Source: Planctomycetota bacterium (GTDB lineage: Bacteria; Planctomycetota; UBA1135). Taken from it: DNA of 64,000 nt. Location of the stretch: assembly GCA_021776795.1 (NCBI GenBank), contig JAJFFC010000012.1:174724-238723 (forward strand), given 5' to 3'. The translations under genes and the position numbers were made by a program. Of the stretch, positions 35,465 to 45,954 are shown in pieces. Below the pieces are notes generated by a model. That model made no database searches. It was not told the DNA's origin and saw only the letters and a list, made by a program, of their open reading frames with translations. Every line of letters begins with the position of its first letter. Within the stretch, counting starts at the first letter, position 1.

Positions 35465-36285
35465 TTAAAGACCTACGCACTCGATTGAGCCTTGGCAGCG
35501 TTCTGGTCGCAGTCTTGATTGGCTTATTCCTGCTGGACCAGCATGTGGTTCCAGGAATTGGCATGCTGGTGTTGGGCTTGTTGGCCCTGGCCGCGCAAGC
35601 CGAGTTCTACGGCATGCTCCACGCTAGCGGACGGCCCAACCACAAGCGGTATGGCCTGTTGTTTGGTGCGCTGACTCTGGCCAACGCATGGTGGGAGTTT
35701 TTGCCCTCCGGTTATTTGCTGGTCGGCCTGATTCTGTTGCTGTTGATTTTGGAAATCCTCGGGCGCAAACCGGAAGGAGCGCCAGATCGTATTGGTAATA
35801 CCTTGCTGGGCTGGCTCGTGGTCCCGCTGTTGTTGAGTTCGATTATGGCTTTGCGTAAGTTCGATCTCGACGGCTGGGATTGGATCTTGTTCTTAGTCGT
35901 GGTGTGCAAGCTTGGCGATTCCACCGCCTATTTAGTCGGCAGCGCCATCGGTAAACACAAGCTGATTCCTGAAGTCAGCCCGAATAAATCCTGGGAAGGT
36001 GCCGTGGCATCCATGGTGGGCTCCATTCTTGGAGCAGCCGTCGTCGCCTACTTCGCCTTTGGCGGGCGACTCCCCCTGAGCATCTGGCTCGGCGCCGCCA
36101 TCGTCACCAACATCGGCGCGCAGTTTGGAGACCTTGCCGAGAGCTTGCTTAAGCGCGGCTGTGCGACCAAGGACTCTTCGACCGTGCTGCCTGCCTTCGG
36201 CGGCTCCTTTGATATGGTGGATTCCTTTCTGATTGCTACGCCGGCGCTGCATGGATTCTTGTTGGCCATGAGCTATAGTTCTTAG
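35461..36285 (+). CDS. cdsA: phosphatidate cytidylyltransferase (CdsA family) with an atypical signature
   Basis: 274 aa polytopic protein. SPNKSWEG and SLLKRGCATKDSSTVLPAFGGSFDMVD. ATGA overlap with uppS. Confidence 0.8.
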   Translation: MIKDLRTRLSLGSVLVAVLIGLFLLDQHVVPGIGMLVLGLLALAAQAEFYGMLHASGRPNHKRYGLLFGALTLANAWWEFLPSGYLLVGLILLLLILEILGRKPEGAPDRIGNTLLGWLVVPLLLSSIMALRKFDLDGWDWILFLVVVCKLGDSTAYLVGSAIGKHKLIPEVSPNKSWEGAVASMVGSILGAAVVAYFAFGGRLPLSIWLGAAIVTNIGAQFGDLAESLLKRGCATKDSSTVLPAFGGSFDMVDSFLIATPALHGFLLAMSYSS

Positions 36286-36320
36286 CCGCCTCGCGCTTTC
36301 GCGACACGCCCCACAACGAC

Positions 36321-37292
36321 TTGGAAACCCGCATCCCGCTGCTGTCGCTCGAAGAGGAACAACGCCTCTTCGGTCCTCATGATCGTCACGTCAAACTGGT
36401 TGCGCGCAAGTTAGGCGTGCGCTTTTCGTCTCGCGGTGGCCAGCTGCGCTTGCGTGGTGACGAATCTGAAGTCACCCCATTGGTGACGCGTGTCCAAGAA
36501 CTTTTGGTGCGCCTGCGTGCTGGCGAAGATCTTCCTAGCGGGCAGATTGAAGACAAACTGCTCGGGCGCGGCGTCGAGCTCACCGAAGAACCGCACCAAC
36601 AGGCTGTGGTCGAAGCTCGGCGCTTGGCGGTTTCCGCAAGTGGCCGACGCGCTGGCGAGGGTGGCTTGCCATCTGCACGCACCGAAACCCAGCAGGTGTA
36701 TATGGACCTGATGCAGGAGTCCGAGTTGGTGTTTGCCGCTGGCCCTGCGGGCACTGGCAAAACCTACTTAGCTGTTGCTGCCGCTGTGAGGGCTCTACGC
36801 GATGGCAAGGTGCAGCGCTTAGTCCTCACCCGGCCAGCTGTAGAGGCCGGCGAAAACTTAGGCTACCTGCCCGGGGATCTGGAAGAAAAAATTGACCCCT
36901 ACCTGCGCCCTCTGTTCGATGCGTTGAATGACTTGCTCGGGCCCGCCGCCACACGCCGCATGCGCGACATGGACATGATTGAAATCGCGCCGCTGGCCTT
37001 CATGCGCGGTCGCACCTTCAACGACAGTTTTGTCATTTTGGATGAAGCGCAGAACGCCACCCACGTGCAAATGAAGATGTTCCTCACCCGATTGGGCGAA
37101 GGCACGCGTGCGGTGGTGACCGGAGACATTTCGCAAACCGACTTGCCCAAAGGGCGCAGCGGTCTTGCCGACGCCATGCACCGTTTAGAAGGCGTGCAAG
37201 GCATCGGTGGTGTGGTCTTCCACCGTTCCGATGTACAGCGCAGCAGCTTGGTGGAGCGCATCATCGAAGCCTACGGCGAAGACGAAGGATGA
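36321..37292 (+). CDS. phoH: PhoH-like ATPase (YbeZ)
   Basis: 323 aa with a TTG start. Walker A GPAGTGKTYLAVA, LGYLPGDLEEKIDPYLRPL and FVILDEAQN. Confidence 0.9.
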   Translation: METRIPLLSLEEEQRLFGPHDRHVKLVARKLGVRFSSRGGQLRLRGDESEVTPLVTRVQELLVRLRAGEDLPSGQIEDKLLGRGVELTEEPHQQAVVEARRLAVSASGRRAGEGGLPSARTETQQVYMDLMQESELVFAAGPAGTGKTYLAVAAAVRALRDGKVQRLVLTRPAVEAGENLGYLPGDLEEKIDPYLRPLFDALNDLLGPAATRRMRDMDMIEIAPLAFMRGRTFNDSFVILDEAQNATHVQMKMFLTRLGEGTRAVVTGDISQTDLPKGRSGLADAMHRLEGVQGIGGVVFHRSDVQRSSLVERIIEAYGEDEG

Positions 37293-37741
37293 GCAGTGCT
37301 ACTGGCCCACAAGTCGAGTTGCACTTGGCGCCAGGAGTGGATTTGCATCAGCTTGAAGCGCTTGCGCAGGCGCAAAGGGTGCAAGAAGTGGTGGCAGCTG
37401 TTTGGCAGTTCGCCAATGCGCCCCTTCCGGCACAGCTCGAAGTTGCACTGATGAGTGAAGATGAGCATTGCCGCGTGCACGAGCGCTTTCTACATGATCC
37501 ATCACCGACCGATGTCATGGCTTTCCCCTATGAAGACGAAGAACTCTTCGGCGAGGTCCTGATTAACGTGGACATGGCACGTGCGCAAGCGCAAGAACGT
37601 GGTCACGCCGCGCTGTGGGAAGCCACCTTGTATCTGGTTCACGGTTGCTTGCATCTTATTGGCTATGACGACCAAACTGACGAAGAACGCGCACGCATGC
37701 GCGCCGCCGAAAGTGCGGTGATGGAAATTTTGCGCGTCTAA
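37289..37741 (+). CDS. ybeY: endoribonuclease YbeY (rRNA maturation)
   Basis: 150 aa. ATGA overlap with phoH. The metal motif region reads HGCLHLIGYDD, with the third position Asp instead of the usual His. Confidence 0.85.
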   Translation: MSSATGPQVELHLAPGVDLHQLEALAQAQRVQEVVAAVWQFANAPLPAQLEVALMSEDEHCRVHERFLHDPSPTDVMAFPYEDEELFGEVLINVDMARAQAQERGHAALWEATLYLVHGCLHLIGYDDQTDEERARMRAAESAVMEILRV

Positions 37742-37765
37742 AGCGCGGGTTTTTCCCTTTTTTTC
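37733..37765 (+). terminator. weak candidate terminator after ybeY
   Basis: Short 4-5 bp stem CGCG(T)/(G)CGCG followed by TTTTTCCCTTTTTTT. Confidence 0.35.
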
Positions 37766-37857
37766 TTTGCATTAGGGGTGTTCATCCCTTCCAATCGTGG
37801 CAACACGGAAATGCGACCGCCCCCGTTGGTCCTTTCTTCCCTCCCGACGTCCCCGAA

Positions 37858-38628
37858 ATGGTTCGCAGAGCGCATCGCGATAAGAGCAGCAACAAAGCCC
37901 TCAACCGGCTTTGGGGTGAGTATCGCGCCAGCGAACGAATCGAGGATCGCAACGCACTGATTGAGCACTACCGCCCTTACGCCACCATGGTGGCGCGGCG
38001 GGTGAAAGCGAAACTACCGCGTTCGGTAGAAATGGGTGACCTCGAAAGCGCCGGCGACGTTGGCTTAATCCAAGCCATCCAAAGTTTTGATCCCCAACGC
38101 GGGGTTCCCTTTGAGGCCTTCTGCGAGTTCCGTGTGCGCGGCGCCATTCTCGACGAACTGCGCCGTCACGATTGGGTGCCGCGGCCAGTGCGCAACCGAC
38201 TCAACCGCCTCAAGGCGTTGAAGGAAGAAATGCGCCGCGAGCTCGAACGCGAAGCCACCGAAGTTGAGTTGGCTACACGCTTAGAGTTGAGCCTAGAAGA
38301 TTTCCATCGCCTCTATGGCGGCGGTCGTGACACTCCGGTCCTCGCTGGCGGGAAACCCGGCGAGCCAGGTGAAGCCGATGGCTCTTTAGACTTCTTTGAA
38401 GACCCGCGTTCCGATGCACCCAGCGACGGCGCTCATTCGCGTGAGTTGTTGGAGTTGATTGCGCAAACTCTCGAAGACGAGGAGCGCGAAATCCTTTATA
38501 TGCGCTTCTTCCTCGATTACTCGCTACGGGACATCGGGGAGATTCGCGGCATTTCGCAATCGCGTGTGTCGAAGATCCTCGGGCGAATCATGGAGCGGAT
38601 TAAGGTCCGCTTCGAAGAGAAGATTTAA
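37858..38628 (+). CDS. fliA: sigma-28-type RNA polymerase sigma factor (FliA/WhiG family)
   Basis: 256 aa. Region 2 DLESAGDVGLIQAIQSFDPQRGVPFEAFCEFRVRGAILDELRRHDWVPR. Region 4 HTH YSLRDIGEIRGISQSRVSKIL. Confidence 0.8.
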   Translation: MVRRAHRDKSSNKALNRLWGEYRASERIEDRNALIEHYRPYATMVARRVKAKLPRSVEMGDLESAGDVGLIQAIQSFDPQRGVPFEAFCEFRVRGAILDELRRHDWVPRPVRNRLNRLKALKEEMRRELEREATEVELATRLELSLEDFHRLYGGGRDTPVLAGGKPGEPGEADGSLDFFEDPRSDAPSDGAHSRELLELIAQTLEDEEREILYMRFFLDYSLRDIGEIRGISQSRVSKILGRIMERIKVRFEEKI

Positions 38629-38647
38629 GGTAAGCTCGAAAGCTAAC

Positions 38648-39472
38648 TTAGCGCCCGCGAGCAAGCACGTGGTGCGGTAGCACTTCTTCCAATACTCGGC
38701 GCAATTCCGCCAGCGGAATCATATTGGGGCCATCTGAAGGCGAAGTCAGCGGATCAGGGTGGGTCTCGACAAAGAAACCATCAAAGCCAAGGGCCGCAGC
38801 GGCTTTCATGAGTAAAGGCGCGCGTTGCCAATCGCCGCCAGTTTTGCCACTCCCGCTTCCAGGTTGTTGCACGGCGTGAGTGGCATCAATCACCAGCGGT
38901 AGTCCTGCTTCACGGAGTTCCGGGAGCGAAGCAAAGTCGACGACCAAACGCCCGTAGCCAAAGCTGGCGCCACGATCGGTCAAGATGACTTTGGGGTTGC
39001 CCGCCGAGGTGACTTTTGCTGCAGCATGCTTGAGGTCGGGTGGTGCCAAGAACTGACCCTTCTTGATATTGACCGTGCGCCCAGTGGCCGCAGCCGCCTC
39101 GAGCAAATCGGTTTGCCGACACAGGAAGGCAGGGATTTGCAGGACATCCACGACCTGGGCGACAGCGGCGCATTGCTCCGGCAGGTGCACATCGGTCAGC
39201 AATGGAGCGCCGGTGCGCTCGCGCACCTGTTCGAGAATGCGCAGGCCTTCCTCCAAACCAATCCCACGGCCGGAGCCACTCGAGGTGCGGTTGGCCTTAT
39301 CAAAGCTGGCCTTGAACACCCATTGCACGGCAAGTCCATCGAGTTCGGCGGCAATGCGCTCTGCAATCTCGACAGTGTGCTCACCCTCAATCACGCATGG
39401 GCCTGCAATTAGGAGTGGCGGGCGGTCGCCGCCAACCAGGAGCCCAGGAACAATTTCTACGGGAGTGACCAT
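38648..39472 (-). CDS. kdsA: 3-deoxy-8-phosphooctulonate synthase
   Basis: 274 aa. KASFDKANRTS, LQIPAFLCRQTDL, IDATHAVQQPG and FVETHPDP. Confidence 0.95.
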   Translation of the reverse strand: MVTPVEIVPGLLVGGDRPPLLIAGPCVIEGEHTVEIAERIAAELDGLAVQWVFKASFDKANRTSSGSGRGIGLEEGLRILEQVRERTGAPLLTDVHLPEQCAAVAQVVDVLQIPAFLCRQTDLLEAAAATGRTVNIKKGQFLAPPDLKHAAAKVTSAGNPKVILTDRGASFGYGRLVVDFASLPELREAGLPLVIDATHAVQQPGSGSGKTGGDWQRAPLLMKAAAALGFDGFFVETHPDPLTSPSDGPNMIPLAELRRVLEEVLPHHVLARGR

Positions 39473-39501
39473 GAGTTCGGAAGGGAGCAGGGCAGGGACC
39501 G

Positions 39502-40395
39502 CTACGACGCGACCAGAATCGGCACCTGCATGCCGTCAAGAGAGCATTCTAGCGGGGTGTCGCCAACATGGTCGCCATCGACCTGAAGCGGGGTGGGGGT
39601 GGCCCCCTCCAGGCGCAGGTGGCGAATCTGCCGCACCATCACGCCGGGTAGCTTGGGCAACTGGCCTCCGGCGGCGGCAATCGCATACAAACTGCCTTTG
39701 AGAAGATTGATGTTATCGAACAACACGAGCTCCCACAGGCCGTCATCGAGGGTCGACTCGCACAAGCGAAATTGTGGACTGCCGTAGCTGCCGAGGCCGC
39801 TGAAGATGCCGTAAGAAAACACGCCGAGTTCCTCGCCATCGGCAAACACCCGCTGTGGCGCAGGATCCCAATGGCGCAAGGCTTCGCCGATGTACTTAAG
39901 GTAATGGGCCTTGGTGATGGGGCCACTGCGTTGGGCATCCATGCGGCGCATGAGCTCGCCGTCGAAACCGAAGCCCAAGCACAAAAAGGCCTGGCGCTTG
40001 CGTTGCGCACGCTCGTGGCGATAGCGCACGGTGGCGACATCGAGTAGCTGTCGTTCGCCGCGTTCTACGAGCACGACGGCATCTTCTGGGCGCGAACTCA
40101 ACTTGAGCCGATGGCCCAGCAGGTTGGCGGTGCCTAATGGCGAGATGACCAGCGGGGGCGATTCGTTCCCAAGGCCATCCAATACCGCGGAAAGGGTACC
40201 GTCACCGCCGACCACGACTAAACGCTCGGCCCAAGTGCAGGCTTGGTTTGTCCACGCCACGGCATCGGCGCGACTGCGCCCTGGGTGAAAGCCGACTTGA
40301 TGTCCGCGAGCGCTCAACAGCTCGGCAATCCGTCGCGCACGTTCAGTGCCGAGGCCACGGCCGGAGCCGGGGTTGGCGAGAACCTCAATCTTCAT
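39502..40395 (-). CDS. diacylglycerol/lipid kinase family protein (YegS/BmrU-like)
   Basis: 297 aa. NPGSGRG and the DAGK catalytic motif VVVGGDGTLSAV. Confidence 0.8.
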   Translation of the reverse strand: MKIEVLANPGSGRGLGTERARRIAELLSARGHQVGFHPGRSRADAVAWTNQACTWAERLVVVGGDGTLSAVLDGLGNESPPLVISPLGTANLLGHRLKLSSRPEDAVVLVERGERQLLDVATVRYRHERAQRKRQAFLCLGFGFDGELMRRMDAQRSGPITKAHYLKYIGEALRHWDPAPQRVFADGEELGVFSYGIFSGLGSYGSPQFRLCESTLDDGLWELVLFDNINLLKGSLYAIAAAGGQLPKLPGVMVRQIRHLRLEGATPTPLQVDGDHVGDTPLECSLDGMQVPILVAS

Positions 40396-40439
40396 GCATG
40401 CAAGCGGAGCGGATGCGGGGGAGCAGGTAGCCTGGAGGC

Positions 40440-41357
40440 ATGCCTGAGACCCCTAGTCTATCTCCAGCCTGGCTCTTGACGGGAATGGGGGGTGTGCTGG
40501 GTTGGGGGGCTTCTGAGGCCCTTCCGCAACACGCGCCGGTGGTGATTGCGGCGCGCCAGCGCTCCCCACTGTGGCAAGACCACGTTGGGGTGCATCTCGA
40601 CTTGGCCACGCCGGGCTCGATCCAACGTTTGGTCGAGGAGATTGGTCCCGAGGTCGTGGTGCATGCCGCCTGTCTCTCCCGCGCGGCCGATTGCGCCGCC
40701 GATCCAGAGCGGACCGAGCGCATCAATGTGCAGGCGGTCGCCGAACTCATGGCCGCTGCGGAGCGCGTCGGCACCTTTGTCGTCTATGTTTCTACGGAGC
40801 AGGTGTTCTCGGGCACGGCAGAGCGTTATTTCGAAGATGACCGCCCGGATAGCCAAGATGTATACGGTGCCTCCAAGGCCCGCGCAGAAGCCTTGGTGCT
40901 CGCCGCAGGAGGTGCCGTGGCGCGCCTGCCGCTGTTATTGGGCGCTCAGGTCGACCATCCCCATGGCCAGTTGCGCTGCGGTGCCGACACCGCGGTGCGT
41001 CTCGCTGTACAGCGCGGCGAGCGTCCGAAGTTGTTCACCGATGAATGGCGCTGCCCAGTTGCCGCAGATGAAGCCGTTCAAGGTCTGTGGCGCCTCGCTG
41101 CCAGTCGCCGCTCTGGCGTGGTCCATCTTGCCGGCAATCAGGCAGTGAGCCGCTATCAGCTCGGAGTGATGGCACTCGAAGCCTCTGGTCTCGAAGCGCA
41201 AGAAATCAAGCCAAGCAGGATCCAGGATTTCACCGGCCCGCCGCGTCAAGCTCGTCTTGAGCTGGATTGCCGCCGCGCACAGGAAGTCCTCGCGTGGGAG
41301 CCCGGGGATTTGCGACAATCCCTCGCCCGTTTGTCTGGGCTTCCCCGTGTGCCATGA
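40440..41357 (+). CDS. NAD(P)-dependent sugar-nucleotide reductase, RmlD (dTDP-4-dehydrorhamnose reductase)-like
   Basis: 305 aa. GGAGG Shine-Dalgarno upstream. LLTGMGGVLG glycine motif, YGASKARAE (YxxxK). ATGA overlap with valS. Confidence 0.7.
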   Translation: MPETPSLSPAWLLTGMGGVLGWGASEALPQHAPVVIAARQRSPLWQDHVGVHLDLATPGSIQRLVEEIGPEVVVHAACLSRAADCAADPERTERINVQAVAELMAAAERVGTFVVYVSTEQVFSGTAERYFEDDRPDSQDVYGASKARAEALVLAAGGAVARLPLLLGAQVDHPHGQLRCGADTAVRLAVQRGERPKLFTDEWRCPVAADEAVQGLWRLAASRRSGVVHLAGNQAVSRYQLGVMALEASGLEAQEIKPSRIQDFTGPPRQARLELDCRRAQEVLAWEPGDLRQSLARLSGLPRVP

Positions 41358-44068
41358 CCGAGACCGCTCCCGAGCTCTCCACCCGTTACGACCCTGCCAG
41401 CCTAGAAGGCCCGATTTACGCGGCCTGGGAGGCGAGTGGGGCGATGTCGCCTTCTGAACAGGCGAGCGACCGCCCGACCTTCACGGTCATGATCCCGCCG
41501 CCCAATGTGACGGGTGTTTTGCATATGGGCCACGCCCTCAACAACACCATGCAAGACGTGGTGATTCGGCATAAGCGCATGTGCGGCTATGACGCGCTGT
41601 GGGTGCCTGGCACCGACCACGCCGGCATCGCCACCCAAGCGGTGGTGGAAAAGCGTCTGTTCCAGGAAGAGGGCAAGACTCGTAAGGAAATGGGTCGCGA
41701 GGCCTTTCTCGATGAAGTTTGGAAATGGCGTGAGCACCATGGCGACGTCATCCTTGGTCAACTCAAGCGCTTAGGTGCCAGTTGCGATTGGAGCCGGACC
41801 AAGTTCACCTTGGATCCGAGCATGTCGACTGCGGTGCGCGAATCCTTCGTGCGCCTGTGGGAGAAGGGCCATGTCTATCGCGGTGCACGCTTGGTCAACT
41901 GGGACTGCAAGTTGCAAACCGCGGTCAGCGATGACGAAATCGAATACGTCACGCGCAAGGGCAAGCTGTACACGCTGCACTATCCCTTGACTGACGGAAG
42001 TGGCTTCATTGCGGTCGCCACCACGCGTCCGGAAACCATGTTTGGTGATACCGGTGTGGCTGTCCATCCCGACGACGAGCGTTATGCCAGCATGGTTGGC
42101 AAAACCCTTAAGTTGCCATTGGTTGATCGCGAGATTCCTATCGTCGCCGATGATTCGGTCGAGGCCGGCTTCGGTACCGGTGCAGTCAAGGTCACGCCAG
42201 GCCATGACCCAGCCGACTATGAGCGTGGCAAGCGCCACCAGTTGCCCGTGCTTTCGGTGCTCAACAACGACGGCACCATGAATGAAGAGTGTGGCGCATT
42301 CTCCGGCCAAACCCGTGAACAAGCCCGCGAAGCCGTGATTCAGGCCTTTGAAGAGGCTGGTTTATTTGGTGGTACGGAAGACATAACCCACAACGTGACG
42401 ATTTCGGATCGTTCAAAAACCGCGATTGAGCCGCTGATTTCTGAGCAATGGTTCGTGCGCATGCAAGAGCTCGCTGCACCTGCGATTGCAGCGGTGAACA
42501 GTGGACGCTTGCAGTTCAAGCCCGCACGGTGGAAGAAGGTTTATCTCGATTGGCTCGAGAACGTGCATGACTGGTGCATTTCGCGCCAGCTGTGGTGGGG
42601 ACATCGGATCCCGGTGTGGTACGACGAAGACGAAGTGCCCGTCGCCTCGATTGAAGAACTCCAACTTGGCGACCCGCATCCGCAAACGGGCAAGCCACTG
42701 GTGCGCCAAGATCCGGACGTGCTCGATACTTGGGCTTCGTCGTGGTTGTGGCCCTTTGCCACTTTAGGTTGGCCCGAGAAAACCGAAGATCTCGCGCGTT
42801 TCTACCCAACTCAGTTCTTGTCGACTGCACGCGACATCATCTACCTGTGGGTCGCGCGCATGGTCATGGCGGGTTATGCCTTCCTCGATGACCTGCCGGA
42901 AGATGAGCGCTGTCCTTTTAGCACCTGCTACATCCATGCCACCGTGCTCGATGGCCAAGGCCGGCGCATGTCCAAATCCATGGGCAATGGTATTGACCCG
43001 GTAGAAATGATCGAGCGCTACGGCGCCGATGCCGTGCGTTATTCGCTGATGATCCTCACTCGTGAGGGCCAAGATGTGAAGCTTGCGGAGAACCGCTTTG
43101 AGCTCGGCCAGCGCTTCTGCAACAAGATTTGGAATGCCTCGCGCTTCGTCTTTGGCCATCTTCAAGGTGCGGTTCCCAAAGCCCAAGATGTCCCCGCCAC
43201 GGGCGAGGGCGCTTTGGAGGACCGTTGGATTTTGTCGCGCCTCAGCGCCACCCAGCAAACGGTGCATGCAGCCCTCGAAAGCTACGACTTCCACGATGCC
43301 GCCCAGGAGCTTTACCGCTTCATTTGGGACGACTTCTGTGATTGGTATGTCGAGGCCGCCAAGCGTCGTTTGCATGCGGCAGAAGACCTGCCAGGTTGCG
43401 CCGATGCCGCGGCGTCGGCAGCTGCGGCACGTGCCGTGCTCGCTACGGTCTTGCGTGATGCCCTCAAGCTGTTGCACCCCTTTACGCCATTTCTCACCGA
43501 AGCCTTGTGGGCGCAGTTGCCCGGTGATTGGCGCGGCGGAGAGGAGCAACTGATGACCGCGACTTGGCCAAGTGCCGATGCCGAGCGCATCAGTGAAGAT
43601 GTCGAGCGTGACTTCGCCACAATGCAAGATGCCGTCCGCGCCGTCCGCAACGTCCGTGCGCTGCTGGAGATCTCCACCTCGGAAAAGCCGCAGGCAACCT
43701 TCCTCACGGAAAATGCCCAAGCCACGTCCTTGCTGGAAGACAACCAAGCCCTACTGCAGTTCTTCTGCCGTGTTGGCGAAATGGATCTGCGTCACGAGGG
43801 CGAACGCCCCGTGGGTGGCACCGATGTCTTCCGCGCTGGTTCGGTCTTCCTGCCCTTTGCGGCGGACACCGACCTGGCCAAGTTGCGTGACTCCTTAGAG
43901 CGCAAGCAAGGCAAAGTGGCCAAAGGGATTCGCGGTATCGAAGGCAAGCTTGGCAACGAGCGCTTCCTTGCCAATGCAGATGCCGACGTGGTTGCAGGCG
44001 AGCGTCAACGACTGCTCGACCTGCAACAAGAAGCGAAGACGCTAGAGCAGAACCTGAGCGGTCTCTAG
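41354..44068 (+). CDS. valS: valyl-tRNA synthetase
   Basis: 904 aa from ATG 41354 (the ORF extends to 41267). [15 protein letters not shown] (HIGH), KMSKSMGN (KMSKS), and a C-terminal coiled coil. Confidence 0.97.
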   Translation: MTETAPELSTRYDPASLEGPIYAAWEASGAMSPSEQASDRPTFTVMIPPPNVTGVLHMGHALNNTMQDVVIRHKRMCGYDALWVPGTDHAGIATQAVVEKRLFQEEGKTRKEMGREAFLDEVWKWREHHGDVILGQLKRLGASCDWSRTKFTLDPSMSTAVRESFVRLWEKGHVYRGARLVNWDCKLQTAVSDDEIEYVTRKGKLYTLHYPLTDGSGFIAVATTRPETMFGDTGVAVHPDDERYASMVGKTLKLPLVDREIPIVADDSVEAGFGTGAVKVTPGHDPADYERGKRHQLPVLSVLNNDGTMNEECGAFSGQTREQAREAVIQAFEEAGLFGGTEDITHNVTISDRSKTAIEPLISEQWFVRMQELAAPAIAAVNSGRLQFKPARWKKVYLDWLENVHDWCISRQLWWGHRIPVWYDEDEVPVASIEELQLGDPHPQTGKPLVRQDPDVLDTWASSWLWPFATLGWPEKTEDLARFYPTQFLSTARDIIYLWVARMVMAGYAFLDDLPEDERCPFSTCYIHATVLDGQGRRMSKSMGNGIDPVEMIERYGADAVRYSLMILTREGQDVKLAENRFELGQRFCNKIWNASRFVFGHLQGAVPKAQDVPATGEGALEDRWILSRLSATQQTVHAALESYDFHDAAQELYRFIWDDFCDWYVEAAKRRLHAAEDLPGCADAAASAAAARAVLATVLRDALKLLHPFTPFLTEALWAQLPGDWRGGEEQLMTATWPSADAERISEDVERDFATMQDAVRAVRNVRALLEISTSEKPQATFLTENAQATSLLEDNQALLQFFCRVGEMDLRHEGERPVGGTDVFRAGSVFLPFAADTDLAKLRDSLERKQGKVAKGIRGIEGKLGNERFLANADADVVAGERQRLLDLQQEAKTLEQNLSGL

Positions 44069-45816
44069 TCGCCGCGTTCCCAGAACACTGGGTTCGCCAC
44101 GCTTTGGCCTTCGCTGTCGACCGGCTTGACGGTGAACGACAGTTCGTAGGCTTTCTTGCTCTTGCCTGGCAAGCGCAAGGAAATGTCCATGGCTTCGCGG
44201 TCAGGGTCAAGGACCACGCCGTGCTTAACGGCATCGAGCTTCTTCAGGAACAATTTGTTGCCTTTGACCTTAATCTGACCGACGACTTCGTTATCGGTGT
44301 TGACCACCAACAAGATTGGCTGGTTGCTTGGGGCGATTTCGATTTCCGACAAGGAAACTGGCGGAGCCTTCTCGATTTCCATTTCTGGATTAGGAGCCTC
44401 TTCCCCCAAGACCCAAGCGCCGATGCGTTCGAGTTCGCGCTTCTTCATGCCGGGCATGTAGCGCAGGCTGTAGGCACCCGCAGCTAGACGCGGTTCCGCC
44501 AAATCTAGCGTGGTGACGAGAGCGCCGACCACAGGGAAGGTAGCCTCTTTGATCATCAGGCGCTCAATCGTGGCGACGGCAGCGCGTTTGAAGTCACCAC
44601 CAAAGGGGTCGGTGGCAGGGGTTGCCGTAACCGCGGTGACGGGGCCAAATACCGCGTAACTTTCGGGCGGGCCCGGGGCGTCTGGGTATTCCTCGTGCGG
44701 CTTACGCTTGGCGCGAATCACCTCCATGTCGGGCATCTCGCGCTTGAGCAGGCCGACGGATTCGCTCATGGCGAGGGAATCTTGCGGATAACCATCAAAC
44801 ACCTTGCTGCGAATGCCTTGGGTGCGGCCGATGGCGACGTCGGCATAAGGATTGGCGCTTGCGGCGACGCGGAAGCCCAACACGGGCGCCGCGCTATCGG
44901 GGCGGAAGGGGATGCGCGCATCGACGCGGCAGTTCATCAGGGGGTTGAGGTAGGACCCACCCTTGAGGATGACCATGGTCACGTCCCAGGTTGGGCTCGG
45001 CACAAAAGAGCTTTCGACCTTGCCTTTCTCGTTGAGAAATTCCACCTCAAAGCTGCGATAGCCTTCGAGTTGGCGCGCTTTGGTGGAGGTGTACTCAAAG
45101 ACATGGCCAGCCATGTCGTAGATGCCGAAACTCGAGGCATTGGCCATCGAACCCACCGGCAAACGCTTAGCCGCGAGGTGGCGTGGCATGGTGGCGTCGA
45201 AGATGGCTTTAGTGTTGTCTTCTTCATTGCCCCAAGGGAAATCGCTGGCACTGTCGCCGCGTGCAGCGCGTACCCATTCCGCTTCGGTGGGCAGGCGCAG
45301 GCCAGCCCAGCGGCAGTAATCCAGTACGTCTTGGTAGGTGACAAAGACCACGGGCTCGAGGGCACGATCGCCGGGAACACTCCAGGTGATGCCTTCGTCT
45401 TGCCAGTGTGCTTTCCACCATTGATCTTGCGCGGCTTCGTCGAACTTGTAGGCAGGTCCTTCGGCCTCTTTACCGGCCAAAATTAATTCGGCGCGCATTT
45501 CCTTGCTGATGTCTGCCCAGGAGGAGGGAGGGGTGGCTCCCGTCGCTTCCACGTAGGCGAGGTACATCTCGTTGGTGACGGGAGTCGCTCCGATGTAAAA
45601 GGGCGCGACTTCGACCATCATGCGCGGGGTTTCGCCCGCGAGGAAATTGGCATCGGCAGGCTTTTTACGAATCCTTTCGATGGTGGCATCGACCTCGGCG
45701 CCAAGTGGGCTGGAGCCACCAGGAACGAAGACCAAACCGGGGACCTCATCGCCCTGAATCAGGGGTGAGGCAAGAAGGGGCAACAGGAGGGCTAACATGT
45801 GGACTGTGTCTGTCAC
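44065..45816 (-). CDS. secreted FGE/SUMF1-domain (formylglycine-generating enzyme family) protein with a C-terminal extension
   Basis: 583 aa. Signal-like [47 protein letters not shown] and LKGGSY. The last ~250 aa are unassigned. The start may be ATG 45798. Confidence 0.8.
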   Translation of the reverse strand: MTDTVHMLALLLPLLASPLIQGDEVPGLVFVPGGSSPLGAEVDATIERIRKKPADANFLAGETPRMMVEVAPFYIGATPVTNEMYLAYVEATGATPPSSWADISKEMRAELILAGKEAEGPAYKFDEAAQDQWWKAHWQDEGITWSVPGDRALEPVVFVTYQDVLDYCRWAGLRLPTEAEWVRAARGDSASDFPWGNEEDNTKAIFDATMPRHLAAKRLPVGSMANASSFGIYDMAGHVFEYTSTKARQLEGYRSFEVEFLNEKGKVESSFVPSPTWDVTMVILKGGSYLNPLMNCRVDARIPFRPDSAAPVLGFRVAASANPYADVAIGRTQGIRSKVFDGYPQDSLAMSESVGLLKREMPDMEVIRAKRKPHEEYPDAPGPPESYAVFGPVTAVTATPATDPFGGDFKRAAVATIERLMIKEATFPVVGALVTTLDLAEPRLAAGAYSLRYMPGMKKRELERIGAWVLGEEAPNPEMEIEKAPPVSLSEIEIAPSNQPILLVVNTDNEVVGQIKVKGNKLFLKKLDAVKHGVVLDPDREAMDISLRLPGKSKKAYELSFTVKPVDSEGQSVANPVFWERGD

Positions 45817-45943
45817 TACGCGGGTTAGGGTGCTTGCGCTAGCGAAAGGTTTAATCGACCCCTGTGAGGGCCGCGCAATTTAGCGCCTTTCGGGCAATGC
45901 GCCAAACCACGAACCGAGAGTAGGACTCATGGCTGGGTTCCTC

Positions 45944-45949
45944 TAGACT
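45944..45949 (+). promoter_or_regulatory. -10-like hexamer TAGACT upstream of rluD
   Basis: Lies 5 nt before GTG 45955 and 26 nt before the alternative ATG 45976. No Shine-Dalgarno. Confidence 0.25.
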
Positions 45950-45954
45950 GGTGA

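Noticed and set aside
37738-37968. 76-aa minus-strand ORF spanning the ybeY-fliA spacer.
   Set aside because: It overlaps the 5' end of the sigma-factor gene and the candidate terminator. It has no Shine-Dalgarno and no recognisable motifs, so it is probably spurious.
37858-38628. The sigma-28-type factor as a marker of a flagellar or chemotaxis locus.
   Set aside because: No flagellar, motor or chemotaxis genes occur anywhere in the window. The neighbours are ybeY and kdsA, so nothing can be said about motility from this window.
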